Assembly (NCBI GenBank): GCA_964187785.1
Contig: OZ076409.1
Location: 90,584,001 to 90,648,000, forward strand
DNA length: 64,000 nucleotides
Source: Amphiscolops sp. MND2022
Lineage: Eukaryota
Reading direction: 5' to 3'
Position numbers and translations under genes: made by a program. Positions 21,847 through 36,419 of this stretch are shown here, piece after piece; position 1 is the first letter of the stretch; every line of letters begins with the position of its first letter. The notes below the pieces were generated by a model, which did no database searches, was not told where the DNA came from, and saw nothing but the letters and a program-made list of their open reading frames with translations.

Positions 21847-24766
21847 ATGCTTTCCTTCCTCGCTATCAGCGCCCTGGTTTTGGCAGTTTCTCAGGCCGCC
21901 ATTCCAGTAGTGATCAGTTTCGGCTCCTGTCCAAAATATGACCCAGTACCATCCATCAACCTCACAGCCTATATGGGCAAGTGGTATGAGATCCAGAAGT
22001 ACCCTGCCGTTTTTGAAATCGGCATGACTTGCAACTATGCGCACTACAACCTCGTTACTGACGACCAAGGTTCGGTTTCTTTTCGAATGAAAATTGAAAT
22101 TTACAGTGAAATTGGTAACAATTATCCGGCGAAAATCGAATGAAAAACAAACTTATCGACATGGCCTGGCAGGCGCAGGTTTCAAGACATTTGGCTTGAA
22201 ATCTGAGCAAAATTGAATGTGAATTTATTTAGATATAATACTAGAGGACAGATAATTGTGAAAACTTTTCATTCGAAAGACATCTCAGGTTCGAAATGGT
22301 AGCTTTCTAAAATTTCCAATTTTTTGTAAGCCCGGGTTGACCCTCTTACTAGCATCTTGGCTGTCTTGGCAAGATCTTGCCAAATTCTTAGTACATCTTG
22401 GCAGCCATGGATCCCATGGCAAGATTCTTATTAAGATCTTACTAAGATAATACCTATTCCAAGATCGTATCTTATCACGATGGACAAAATTTTAGGATTA
22501 TTAAAAAACACTATACCTTCGGTACAAGCAGCCGAGACTCAATCTAAAGGCTCATTTCACCCAACAACGACTATTTCTACTCGTTTTCATAATCAAAATG
22601 CTTAAACCTGCTGAAAAAATTTTGCATGCAAAAATGCGTGAAAAATTACGATAACGTAGTCTGGCTTCAGAAATTCTGACGAGAATCCTAATAATTCCTC
22701 ACCTGTTTAAGACTGAAAAATGCCGAATGTACCAAATGAAAGGTAATTCCAAGGGCTTTTCAAAACTTGTAATTTATCATTCCTGTCGATTCCAGAGACG
22801 GAGAAATATGCTCTCAAACGTCCAGATCCACTATCGGAAAGTTACAAAGGAAAGACCTTAAAATCCTGAAATTTTTGTAATAATCATATTTCCAGCTTTC
22901 TTTGAGCCTGTTTTAGCAGCCTTATTACTGCTAAAAACAGCGATCATTGCTCTAATTTGGGTTATGATTCAGCTCAAGGCTTTTCTGACGCCGTTGTTGG
23001 CGACAGTTTCGCAATTGAAAGAACAATATCGACATCGAAATGGTTGTAAAAATCATTCAGTAATTTTGTTTTGAGTGATGTCTAGATTATTTTTCCATAA
23101 GTCTTAATTTAATGGTTTTCTGATTTTACTTTCTCTCGATATCGAGCAGTTCGTAGCAATTTTTTTCTTGCCATATTCGGCTTCTTAGTTAGATTTTTCT
23201 TGCCATATTGGGCTTCTTAGTAAGATTTTTCTTGGAAACATGGCTCTCTTGATAAGATCTTACCATGGCATCTTGCATTTCTTGGCAATATCTTGTCACG
23301 ATCTTAGCTAAGTATTTTCCAAGATCTTGGCAAGATCTTGCCAAGATCTTACTAAGATATCCATGGAGGGTCGACCCGGGAGTATATCACTGATTCCAAA
23401 ATTGACAATGAACATAATAACGATCATGTGTTTGATGTCATAAAATATCACCAAGCCTAATTTTCCAACTATTCTGCTAATTTAAGTTTCAATTGAGGTG
23501 CAATATGGAGTCTCAATCAAGCTATTATTGTCACTTTACGAAGCATCGGCCCTCTAAGCTCTGTATAACTATTGATTTCCATTAGGTACCTATGTGCGAG
23601 TCAACAACACTGGTTTGAAGAACGGCGAGTACGGAAGTGCCCTGGGAAAGGCAACCCAGCCCAACCCCCCTGAGGCCGCCTTCATTGTCAGCTTCGACTC
23701 CTCCCCCGTGCCCGCCCCCGCTAACCCCAACTACAACATTTTGGCCGTTGATGTCAACAGGTATACACTTAGATATAAAGTTTGATTGTACGAACAAAGG
23801 CCCAAGCAAAAGGCACCCAAAAACACTCCAGTCAAAAGGCAAAATATTGGTAGGAGACTTAATTTTTATAAGAGTCATAGTTTTTAAATTGGTTGCATGA
23901 CTCGGCCTTCCTCCTCCCGGGGCGCTTCACGCCCCACTAGGTCGGCCTTTGTCAAAACCATCCTAACAGATTAGAACATAGCTGATTACGTCATTTTTTT
24001 AACGTTATTACGTAATTTTCTATTGACATTATTACGCTTTGAGTGTTTTTTACCTGTTTACCTATGGGTCCTATTTCCCATAGGCAGTTTTTCCTCGTGC
24101 GTTTTTTCCGGGAAAAGGTTCGTTTATCACAAACCATAAATCGATTGAATATTAGGGAACAGATTGAGCTCTCGTAATTGATGAATAGTAAACTTCATGA
24201 TATCTGAATAGTCTCAAATAAATAACTGCTTTCAAATGTTGTCTATGTGATCCCTTGCAAAAAATTCAACAAATTTAATTTTCCATTAAACAGAGAATAT
24301 CAAATCTGGATGACCGGATAGCTGGATTTGATCAGACGCCATTGGCACGCTTCACTTGTACCAAGCGATCTGCACCTTTTTCTAGCAAACAATATGAGAC
24401 AATGATCTGAATAGACTTGAGTTTTCTCTGAAAATTAACAAGACTTCAACCTTTATAAAGTCAAAAAGTCACAAAAGTCGTCACGCTATGAACTCGAAGT
24501 TTAACAAATCAGTTCATATAAATTTGACTTTAACGGGGATAGGTTTGATTCTGGGTCATCTAATCTTTTTTATTCTTTCTACTAACAGATATGCCCTTAT
24601 CTACACGTGCCAAGAAATCTTGGGCATTGCCAAGATTGAGTTCGCGTGGATTCTGGCCAGAGAGAACTTCCTACCCCAGGATGACATTGACAGTTTGAAG
24701 AGCATCATCAATGGAATCGGATCTGATGCCTCCCATTTCACAGTCACTGACCAAGTCAACTGCTGA
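21847..24766 (+). CDS. APOD: Apolipoprotein D-like lipocalin; exons 21847-22069, 23586-23760, 24589-24766
   Basis: Signal peptide; GSCP, YMGKWYEI lipocalin motif, YNILAVD..YALIYTC, FAWILAR, terminal TDQVNC; phase-compatible GT-AG junctions. Confidence 0.92.
22331..23380. mobile_element. Non-autonomous TIR (MITE/foldback-like) element in lipocalin intron 1
   Basis: Ends cccgggttgaccctc ... gagggtcgacccggg; subterminal arrays of tcttggcaagatcttgcc at both ends. Confidence 0.7.
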
Positions 24767-26629
24767 AGTTGGGGAAGATCTCACTAGAATTTGGACCTTT
24801 GAACTTTTGTACCAGCTGACGGTACGAAATCGTCACACTATCATATTTGATGTAATGTCAAGTGTCTTATAATGTTGTAATTTTACGAAGTAGATTGTTA
24901 AATCCTAAATCTTGTTTTTGGTCTCAAAGAAAGAAACCATTTACGTTAGTATAAATCCTTAATAGTCAACAGATATCACGTAATGCTGAAAATGATACAA
25001 ACAGAAGAGGTGTCACCTCATGTGCTATAAACTTTATGAAGCTTCAAATCAGTTCCAGAGCAAGTTTTCCCCTAAGCAGCTACACTCTAGTTCGGAACTG
25101 CTATCATAAGAGTAGCTTGAGATTATTTAGCTCGCTCATTGCTTCTCAGTGGAAGTAAATTAATTGAGACTTGTACAAGAAAACATTCTGAATACTTCTA
25201 CAAAATGAATTGCCTATATATGACATGGGAAAAATATATCCGAAGCTTTCTGCAAACTTTTGACCGTACTCTAAGTTTCATACTCGAAAGTATTGAGTTT
25301 GCAGGATTCAAGGAAAAAACATTTGGTTCGCAGTTTGTGTATTTATGGAGATACCTGAACTTTCTTCAAAAAACTGTCCGATAGAGAGAGAGAAAAAAAA
25401 ACAAAAATGTTTTAGAGACACTTGCAGTGCCAACTTTTGTTTTCAAATTCCGTTTTTTGGCACTGCGCGAGTTTTGCTTATTACTGAAGGGTCTCCTCTC
25501 CGTTTCTGTTGATAGAAAAACTAGTTGGACACAAATGTACCGACTTGTAAACTTTCAAAAATAGGATGAACTATTTGCTACTAGAAAATTTAATTCACGA
25601 AAACAGCTAGACGTCTACGTTGCCCAAAACAGCAGTGAAAAGTGTTACCCTTAGAAAAAATAATCGTAAAAGGATAGCACACCAGAACATATCGGTACCA
25701 TCTAAAGTCGGTCTAAAACATGTAAAGATTTTTCTAATTCCCGGCTTTGACCTCTAAGAATTTTCTTTGTTCTGTGAAGCATAAATATTTCGGAGCATTG
25801 CTTTTCTTTCATGTAATGATACGACAAATTGGTGTTCAGCCCAAGCAATGACTCGTTTTGTGGGTGCTTCTCGTTTGGATGAGGCCGTCAACGAATCACC
25901 ATATACCCAAAGACAGGTCAAAATTCAAAAAACAAGCAACTACAATCAGAAGGTTGTCAGTCAATTGATTCCCGAACAACAAACTTCTTATAGTCCAGAA
26001 CATCATCAATCACGGCGTGCTCGAGAACAAAAAAATCCCCAAAATGCACTACCAAAACAGCAAAAAGTATATCCGGTTACATGTCGAACAATTTGACAGT
26101 GGATTAGATAGCAAAAACAACTGTGAGCATAACCCAATACTTGTTGCGATTGTGGTCTGTTAAGGCAAAGGAAGTGAAAACACCTATTGTCCACTGAAGT
26201 CTACAGGAGTTACTATAATAAACGTAAACAAGATATTGTCGACGCCAAAAAGGAAAACCCTTCGATCAAGGGAGAGTTGAAACAAATACACCCACAAAAC
26301 AAGTTGTAACTACATGTTGCCTCAGATGTGTGTCCAAACAAGAAGGATCCCATAAGATTAACAGTGAACCATCAGTCAGGAAATTGAAAAACCAGTAACA
26401 ATTTCAAGCTGATTCGAACGATAAAAACAATGGGTTATGCTCTCAGTAGAATTAAAACTCTAACTGAGCTAAAACTGACTGGAAATCTCCAAACCTATCG
26501 AAAGAGGTTTTGTTGTTTAATCGATCCCGGAAGAAGTGAACAAGTTTCTTTTTTTTTGAGTTTTACGTCGATTTCAGTTTTTCATTGACTGGAAGTTAAA
26601 ATGGGAATGCATTTTGCTAAATGTTCACG

Positions 26630-29600
26630 AACCGGAAGATGCCTTGACGTGGCTTGTTTCTTTCATAGCAAAAGCGAGAGCTCAAAAGCGGAATATAGAG
26701 GCTGATCCGACAAGTGGACGGCAGAAAAATTACCAAATTACAGATTTCTTCATCAGCCGGCGCGTGACCTCGAAGGAGTGAAAAATTTAACAGCTCAATA
26801 GGGCGCGCAAAACTTCTGGGATAGATATTCGCTGACATGAAAGCGAAAATAGTTGCAAACTTGAAGTCAAGGAAATGAACAGTCCTTGCCGAGGGCACGA
26901 AGTTCGTCTTCACTGCTCAAGGCAGTGATGAAACTGAAACTGATTTTCTGGCTAGGCTGCACGTTACTGCAAATTTGAAACACTTAAACTCTCCGCACAT
27001 CTGAAGCTGAACTGATCAGTCTAGTATTTCTGGCAGGCTTGGAAAACAAATAAAAAGAACTAAGTTTTCTAGGCGTTTTACGATTTAACGAGATTCTGAC
27101 AGTGGAAGAGTTATTACAAACACTCCGATACACGTCTCAAGCAAACAATTTTGCAACATTCCCTGAATTAGCATCGTTTTCAAACAGAGTAGGTTTTTTG
27201 CAGACGACACGCACATTCAGAAACAGATTTTACACATGACCATCAAAATGGGCTAGATGTGGCGTGAAGCCTGATAATACTTGGCTCGATTGTCCAATCA
27301 TCAACAAAGTTTGCTACTCATGCCAAATGAAAGGGCACTATGAGAAAGTTTATCCCAACATTGAACAATGTTGTGGGCGCAAAAAAATACAGAAAGAACC
27401 TCAACTACGCCTCTGACGTGGCTGATGAACAAGTTGTAAAAACAAGCGATGAAAAAAATGTACTTCATGAAATCAGTTGATTAAGTAACTTTTGTTCAGC
27501 ATGCTTCTGAATGAGAAAAATTAATAGCCCTGAGTTTAATACGCCGAAAGATTCAGGGCACTCGATCACGACTTTTTTGACAGAAAGGTGGGCAAAAAGT
27601 GTTCACCCAGCCTGACATCATATGCTCAAGTTATCGACACTTATGGTGCTCACTTGCTGAGACACGAGAGTCCATGGCGCTGTTAAATGGTTACACATGT
27701 CAACCAGATCAACCATTCAGAAGATATGATCTTCATTGCAATTCTACTTGCTGTGAAAGGTCACTTTTGCAGCATTAGAACCAAAGACAGATGCCAAACC
27801 TATGTTTTGCCGTGCACGAAAGGTCCTGCTAGCCTTGCAGGATTAAGTGAAGAAAGAACTGGCCCAACTGTAAGCTCAGAGAATCATCGGACCTGTTGAA
27901 TCTTTTGGAGTGTAAATGCCTCACCTCTGGTGTGACAGAGAAAAAATCCCGGATCTCCTCGACTATGCGCTGACTCCAAAACCCATGTCAATGACAAAAA
28001 ATGACTGAAGCATACTCATTGTCAAATACGAAACACTGTTTGTTCCAAAAGTTGATTTGTTTTAAATCCTTTGCAAAGATCGACCTGTGGTCAGCATATT
28101 ACGAGATCAAGTTAGATAACGTAAAAAACAAAATTGATACAAAAAACACGGCCGGTGACTCTACCGAAAGACGAGGCTACAGCAAGAGATGAAATAAGGT
28201 ACAGTCTTTCTTCTAAAAGAACTGTAGAAACATTGAAACGTTTAACAGGAGTGATTGTATTCCAAGGTGCTGTCCTGGTTTTTGTTGAAAAAAAAATGTG
28301 AAGCAGTTACAGGCGGTGAAGGATCGATTGACATACAGAAGTTTCAAAATCAAGAAGCAAAGTCTGGTACAAGCTCAACTCAAAACATTTTTTGGGATAC
28401 ACCATTCCAGCCAAGGGAATACAGCCAGGTGATCGAATTTTCTATCAAAAGTTGACCATGTTGCCACCAGCCAAGGTCGAAGAAGTGGAACAACTCTGAG
28501 GTTGGTTATATTCCCAAAGGGATTCCTTCCAAGCTTCTCAACTACACAGCCCGATCTCTGATTTCCAAAAAACTGATACAATTTTCAAATGGACAACGAA
28601 ATTTCAAAATGATTTTACTTTACTTACGAAACAAATAGGATCTAAGCCCATGGTCTAGTCCTATTACATGGAAAAGCATGTCACCATGACAACCCATGCA
28701 TCAGAAAATGCCTTCGGCGTAGTTTTCTGGAGGGTAACCAGTTTTTTACGTGTGATTGAGGAGGTTGTCGGTAACGCAATAGCTTTTGTTCAGTATTGAA
28801 AAAAAAACACTTGGGCCATTGTACCTTTTATTGGTCGCTTCAATCAGTTTTTGATGGTGCGAAACTTCAAACTAAACCCTGACCATATACCGTTTGCTAG
28901 AGTTGGATATCTCTCCGAGAAAAAAAGATTCCTCAGCGAGAACTTTTATGAGCGAAATCACTTTGATGACTTTTGACTATGATGTCGTTTATTACAAAGG
29001 GCGGAATATTCCACATCTAGATGGCATGCGTCATCTCCATTTTGAAACTGATGAAGATGATGAGCCTAAATACTTGAATCTCCAGAGTGAAGTCAACTTT
29101 GCAATGCCAAAGCAACATCCCTAAACGAACTCAATTCTGAACAACTGTACCCTCTAATTCAGTCTCTGATGAAGCGCATCATTAGCGATGTATGGTCGGA
29201 TTGATCCCAACAACAACTTCCTATTAAAAACTTTCTTCTTTCTCTAACTGTTGCGGAATGTCATAATAAAACGGTAAAAGTTACTTTATTTTTCTGAGAC
29301 GACGCCAAAAGATTGTCGAAAAAGCTCATGAAACTCATGCAGGTTAAATTGCAACAAAAATATGATGAACATCATTTCGTGGTGACCTTGAATGAACCGC
29401 GATTTTGAGAACTACGTGGAAAATTGCGCTGAACGAACTTCGACCGCTTGTGGATACTTTAATCGGAACGTGGTTCAAAGTTGTACTGTGTGAACGACAA
29501 CACTTGGACTGGGCTCCTAAATAGCCAGCTGGCAATGTTTTTCTTACAGTTGATGCGGCATCTGGAAGGGTCGAAGTTTTCAACCGAGCGATTGTCCAGT

Positions 29601-29880
29601 TGTAATCGTTATATGGTAACGTTCGCTGGTTTTGATGATCTTGGGGCACCTAACCCATTGGTTCCTGATCAAGGATGTGAATAGGTCGAACTTTCTCCGT
29701 ACGCGCCACGATCTCATGGCCTTGTAGAAAGAGCTGTGCAAACAGCGAACAAGGATTTGAAGGCCTGGAAACCTGATTTGAGAGTCAGATTTCACTCGTA
29801 TACAACGAATCCTTCTCACCCAGAGAAACACAATCACACATTGGAATACCCCTGCACGGTGCATCTTTGGAAGGTAAATA
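26630..29880 (+). pseudogene. Heavily decayed Ty3/Gypsy gag-pol
   Basis: Scattered remnants: NASPLV..PRLCAD, FAKIDLWSAYYEIKL (RT), THASE (RNase H), YDVVYYKGRNIPHLDG, SHGLVERAVQT..LLTQRNT (integrase). Confidence 0.75.
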
Positions 29881-31429
29881 GTAAGGAAACAAGTTTGTAG
29901 AAGTAGGTATGCAGAAAAGTGATAGTAATTTTTATACATTTTTTCTACTAAATGGTCACCATTTTTCCCGACAAATATTGACTTTTAGGGCATGTTTGTG
30001 GAACTTTTCAATGTTGCTTGGGTTTTTTTCCCAAGTGACATAAATGGCAAAATTTTGTTTTTATGAGACAGCTGTTATAGACTTCGGAAACGTCCAGCTG
30101 ATACTGTACAAGCCATCTGCCGATAAATTTGCCTTTCCTGCCCCGTATCATGTTCGAACGTGGACAACCACTGCCCGGATACATCTGAAGATTGATGATT
30201 GGACCAAACTTTCTAGCAAAACACAAAATGCCGAGCTGGAAATAGAAACTCCTTTACTTACACTCTTGCCAGAGACCTCCATGTCAACAGAATACTGTAT
30301 GACGGCAGAAGAAAGAAAAGTATGCAAAATATGCCACGCTCTATCGGTCAGGTGTCGAGATGAGATAGCCTTTGCAACGTTGAGTGCAGTAAGTAGGGAA
30401 TTGCATGTGAACCCAATTCATGATTCAAGGACTTCGTTGGGAATTGAATGGCTCTACTTTTGAGGAGATATCTTTTTATATCGAGTTGAATATTCTCCGG
30501 TCATTTCAATTTAATTCGTTGTGATAAACTTAACAGATAGTTCCGGATAAGATATTGATTGGGTTGAGTGTTCACCTTTCATTGGAATCAGGCTCTGGAC
30601 GATCGTCACACTCTGGCCACTGAGACTGTTCTGCGGGTTTATCCTGCCAGTTTGGGCTCTATCAAGAATCGTTAGTTCGATTCTTTTTCTTTGATTCTTA
30701 TCAATTGGCACGCACCCCTTTCAATACAAATTAGATGGTATTCATAACTGGACTAGTTCATTGTACCGAACTTTTGATTCTATCCCGTATAAAACGAAAC
30801 AATTGCGTCTTTGCAGCTGCTTTTCAGAACCTTTCCAGCAGGTCCTAGCTTCAACAATAAAGCCATCAACCGTCATAAAATTCATAGAAACCTTCTTACT
30901 CGAGGATCTCTGAGTAATGTTAACATTATTATCTTTGGCACGACGTTATAAGTATTTCAATTTCGCTCCATAGAAGCAATACCTATCAGCCAAGTTCGGT
31001 AGACCATGTAATAAACAATCCCTTGATGATCAGGGACAGAATTGAAGTATTGGTTAACTGTCGTCGTCTGCGCAACGGGGACACCAAAAGGCAGTTATTC
31101 GGTTCACAGATCATCATTATCGACGATGTTAGAAGCGAAACTTCTCATAGGTGCAAAGACAGCACAATTTTGTCCGACTTGCAATAGGTGCATCCATCAG
31201 CAGCTATAAAACTCAAGCTCCTATAAATATTCGGGAATCACCAGTATCACGTACAGAGGTTCAAACCAGGCGAAACGGAAGAAACAGATTCAGAGAATAA
31301 GAAAAAAGCTCCGACAACTGAAAGTCGCTCTGTAGGTTAGTGATTTTTTCGGTGTTCGAAAACCTTAGTTGGTTGAGAGACATTGAGATTTGGAGGTGAT
31401 TTTACTTAAGGGGACCAATAAACAGAACT

Positions 31430-34400
31430 CAATCAGTCTCGGTTGATTGTTGCCATAAATGTAAAGGTATTGTCGAGGAAACGGAAAGAAATCAATATGT
31501 TGTAACGGATGTGAATCTTAGTCGCATGGATCTTGTGGGGGCTTTCATGTAAAAGACCTACTAATACTTGGTATTGCTCGAAATGCGAAGACAAGCACAT
31601 CCAGGGTCGTTCTTCTAACGTCTGGAAATCCCTAAATGCCATAGATCAACAACACACAAAGGACACTGAAATTGAAAGAAAACTGAAGTTCAAATTATGA
31701 AACTCATGAAAAACGGCCTATTTACCATCAATCTCTAGCTTGACAACCTAGCATCAACCCAACCTCTTGAGAACTGTGCTGATAAAAAAAACTAATCGAA
31801 ACGAATCTCAAACAAAACAATAAACAAATGACTGACACCAGAAGTCCATCATGACAACAATGTGGTCCCGCAACATATTGCTTATCAACACAAATCAGAA
31901 ATTCAGAGATAGTTTCGAAATCAAAAGAGCGTTTGCTTTCTTATATCCGAACAAAAAGTTCGTTCAAGCCTTTATTACCGCACGGAGTATTATATATCTT
32001 GAGTTCACAACACCAGAGGAGGCTGTTTTATTTTACAGTGATGTAAGGCTAAGTATTTTGGGGGTGACTCGTCCGCTTAGAGCGCTAGTGACAGGAATGA
32101 ACACTACAGCGCCGTCATACGGGGAGTTCCATTAGAATTATCCGTTTCGGACATGGCATCAGCTTTGACCATTTGTACTATCAACCACCCGAATTCAAAG
32201 AGCAAGAAACACGAATAATCCGCTGCTACCGATATCTGAAGTTCGGAATTATCAGTTCCAATTGCCATTCGAAAGTGTCATGCACACATTGCTCCCGCGA
32301 GCATTCTGTCGACAACCGCAAGGACATTCAGCATGCCAGGTGTGCCAATTGCAGCGGAAACCACGAAACGGATTCTCTTGACTGCCCAATCCATATCGAA
32401 CAGGTACAAAGAATTTATGAGGATCGATCGCTGGAAACTTGTATCAAAACTGATGGCTGCTAACCCTGGCTTCACCTTCTTGCAGGTTCTGATATGCGGC
32501 CTGAGTAATCATGGTAAAATAACATTATATCAAAAGCTACAACAATCTTAAGCTGATATTGTTTTTCTTAAGGAAACCAAAACACAATTGAGCGCAAATC
32601 TTTTTGACAATCTCATTACAATCCGCTTCATGGATGGAAGATCTGGGGCGCTGTAGTATTGTTGAAAAGTCCTTTCCATTACTCAAGACTTAATCAACTC
32701 GAGGACATCTCTATTGAAAATGTTGGTTTGACAGTTAGGCTGGGCAGAATAGAGTTAGTTGTAACTACTTCATGTGTCCGACCCGTTGACAACGAGGGCT
32801 TGAGAGAAACCATAAAAGTTATACAAATTTGCAGAACGTATGTTGACAAAAATGGCCTGAATGGAGCACTTTTCTTTCGTGACCTCAATGCAAGACACTC
32901 TTTATTGGTGACAAATCGTGTAACTTCTTAGGTGAGGAACTAGTTTAAATAACTTACCACTTCAGCATTCTCAACGAGGACGAGCCCACGTTTTTGGCAT
33001 CAAGTGGCTCCAGCGTCAATGATCTTTGAATCTGTTATGGGCCTCTCTTCGTTACATCTAAACACACTTTGTCTACGGATGAATTTGCAGAGCTGTTCAC
33101 TGGTGCTCCACTGAGGGGTCATATTCCTCTTATTATGAGATTGGAACGTGGTAAGAACACTGAGAAAACAAAGATATTATGGATTGAAAAAATTGATTGG
33201 GTAGGTCGGCCTTCTTTCATTGATGGCCGAATAGATGGTCTCATGATTGTTGAGGACGACCCTGTTTTTCTTTGGAATGAATTCAAGAATCTGCTTCTTG
33301 AAGCGTCCATTGTTCACATACCCCTCAGATGTGATTCAAATCAAAGCAAACCATTTTGTAACACAGATTTAACAGACGCAAGCAACGAGCTTCGATTTTT
33401 ACAAAAAAAATTCAAGTACAAATCAAAATTTGGGAAGGGACAAAAGTTGAAGACAGCGAAGGAACGTTTCAAACTTCTACTCGAAACACGTGTATCGGAA
33501 TTGATGGAAAACTATGTGTCATCGCTTGTCCAAAAAAAGAGAGTTTTGGACGTCCTACAAAACATTACTCATTACTAAACATGAAGAAGCTGGTCAAATA
33601 CGCTACGCAGTAAAAATTGGAGGCTCTTATATGTTCCAGAGGATATTAGCAAAGAATTTGAATCCATTCTCCACGAAGGTGAACATCTGGAAAAGCAAAG
33701 TTTCAACAATGCAACACATTAGAAGCTAAATTAGACCAACCACATGATGATCCCGAACATAGAAATAAAGATTTTCAAGATAAAATTACTATAGATGAAT
33801 TGAAGAATGACATTATGGAATCAACCAACACTGAATCTTTTGATATTGATGGTCTCCATGTTACAATGATCAAGTGTTCGGCAATAAAGCATTCTTTTTT
33901 CTGCTGACTATTTTCAATGCTTGCTGGGAAACTTATGTGTGGCCATGGACGGAGTCCCGACTCGTCTTCACACGCAAACCAAACAAAGAGAGATAAGATC
34001 AAATCAGTAAAACACTAGAAAAAGTACTTTTAACGAGAATCAAAACACGTCTCGATGTGCATGGATTGCTTGGGGATGAACAGGAGAATTTCGGATGGAA
34101 AAACACTACTCGATTGCTTTACATTTCATGCTCAAAATATCCAAAACGTTCATGTTTGCCGACGACTCTTCAAAACTATGATCTCGAAAAATCTTTTATT
34201 GCGAGTGGTTGTAAGGTGTTCTTTTTAAACTGTTAGAGCACAATATTTCAGGCAAATTGTATTGGATAACTAATTCGTTTCTAAATATCAGAGTCGCTTC
34301 CATCGAAATGAATGGATACCAATCTCCGAAGTTTCAGAATATTATTGGTGTTCCGCAGGGAAGTCTGTTGTCGCTGTGGCTCTTAATCATCTTCCCAAAC

Positions 34401-35540
34401 GACTTTCTCAGTAATCAAGCACATAAATTCAAGTTTGATGACGATAGTTCTGTCATTGTCACCAGCAAAGATTCGTCAGATTGATCTGCCATCCTTCGAC
34501 AAACTTGTTCTGACATCAAGAAATGGTTTGTTGATTGGAGAAGGTTAGTAAACGCAGTAAAAACTGAATTAAATTGGTTCAACTGCAAAGAGTTTGACTT
34601 CGAACTTCCGCCTCTCAACTCAATGGTGATATTTGTCAAATTAAAAAAAAACACAAAAAGTCTTGAAGTTTTTCTTGATATCAAGCTCAACTATCGAAAT
34701 CATTCTACCAAAACAATCGAGAGGGCAAAGCGAAATTGGAATGTAATTACGTCGTTATGCAGTATAAAATAGAGCCATACAGTTTCAACGCTAGTTCGGT
34801 TGTAAAAAACCACAATCCTACCCTGACTTTTCTATTCAGGATGTGCTCGATATGGCTTAAGAACCTCAAATACGTCACAGACCTACAGAATATTTTCATG
34901 AGGACAGTCTTTGGACACGGAAATTGACTTTTGTCAGGTTCTGTTGGGCACGCTTCCGCTTGACCTTCTGAGTGAAGCCATCAACGCCAATTTTCTCTTG
35001 AAGCTCACACTAGAAGACGATTCACTACATTGGCCACAAAATGCATCTTCTTTTTTCCGGACCGTGTTGTTAACCTCCTCAGGAGTCACGTTACACGATT
35101 CGGTAAATTCTGTAGGTATCAAAACTGTACGAGATACAAACAGCAATCTATCAGCCTTTTCAATAACCATTTGTGGAACCTTAGCTTGAACCATAGTAGT
35201 AACAGGTCATTTCTGAAAAATTGCACCACATTACCACTAGCTTATAACACTCTATCGCCCCGTTTTGACCTCTAAAGGTATGATGCTATCAATATATGCG
35301 AAATCCTGATTGGTATTTTTTTCGCCTCAGATGATTAAGCTTGGAAAAGTTGACAGACGGAGTCTCCGATGTGTCGTTGTGGCAAAAGTGAGGAGACTGC
35401 CGAACATTTCTTTTTGGCATGTGGTTTTTACAACGACATCAGACCTGAAGATTTCGACTCATTGATTCTCCTAGACGCTGAAAACTGCAATACCTTTGTT
35501 GATTACATCTTACACTCAACAAAGTCAAACGGAATATCAT
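31430..35540 (+). pseudogene. Decayed APE-type non-LTR retrotransposon (LINE): ORF1 with zinc knuckles, then endonuclease and RT
   Basis: CTHCSREH and CANCSGNH..DCP knuckles; DLNARH (APE); GVPQGSLLS..FKFDDDS (RT); C-terminal CRCGKSEETAEHFFLAC. Confidence 0.85.
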
Positions 35541-36419
35541 AACTCTCATCATTAAAGCTCAACCTAACATTTTCCGACTCTCAAGTCACATTATAATTTG
35601 TACGTAAAACCTTGCCGCAAAATTGGGGATTTTAGAAAAAACATATAAAGAAATGTCAGCGTTTTGTTTGAATTTGTAGTTTTCAACGTCAAATAAATTA
35701 TAGGAAACGACAATAGGATTCATAGGTTTCCGATGCAATTGAGTGGGAGCTGATATCTTTAATAGTGAGCGTGAACGAGCATACTTCAACTAGACCAACG
35801 CCCGTCAAAGGTTTCAAACCCCTAAATTTTGGACTGAAAAAGAACCTAATTGCTTATTAAATCATCTGTGAATTGATCGACGATCAACGAGCCGGACGAG
35901 CCGGTAGCTTGTTTCAGCAACGGATTCCCATGGCTCTTCAGATCGGCAATGCATCCTGTGTTCTATGAACTTTGAGCCAGAAATTCGTTCGAAAAAATTT
36001 TGTTTTTAACTTTTAAAACTTCTATACCATTGCAACTTTTTCAAAAATGTTTCTACCGGTCAACTGGTGTAGTGACTGGTTTGAGTAGTTTGTTGGTGGT
36101 TTTTTTTGTTACTGGTCTACTGGGATTTTTTTCTCTCTACTGCTTTTCCTGAAGATGTTAAAAAAATCGTGCGAACTGGAACCATTTTAAAAGCGTCTTT
36201 TGAAATGGAATTATTCCGAGCTGAAGCATGGGCATTCAAAAAAAAGAAAGCTAGGTCCCAGAACGCTGCGAGCTGCAGAGCCTCCTTACAGTGTCAATAA
36301 CGGTCCCCTGAATGAAACAATCATCTAGAGCATCAAGTGGATGAAAATTTTAAATATTAGGGCATTGTATAATAATTTGAAATACATCAACTATAAATTT
36401 ATCGCAGGAATCACCAAGT

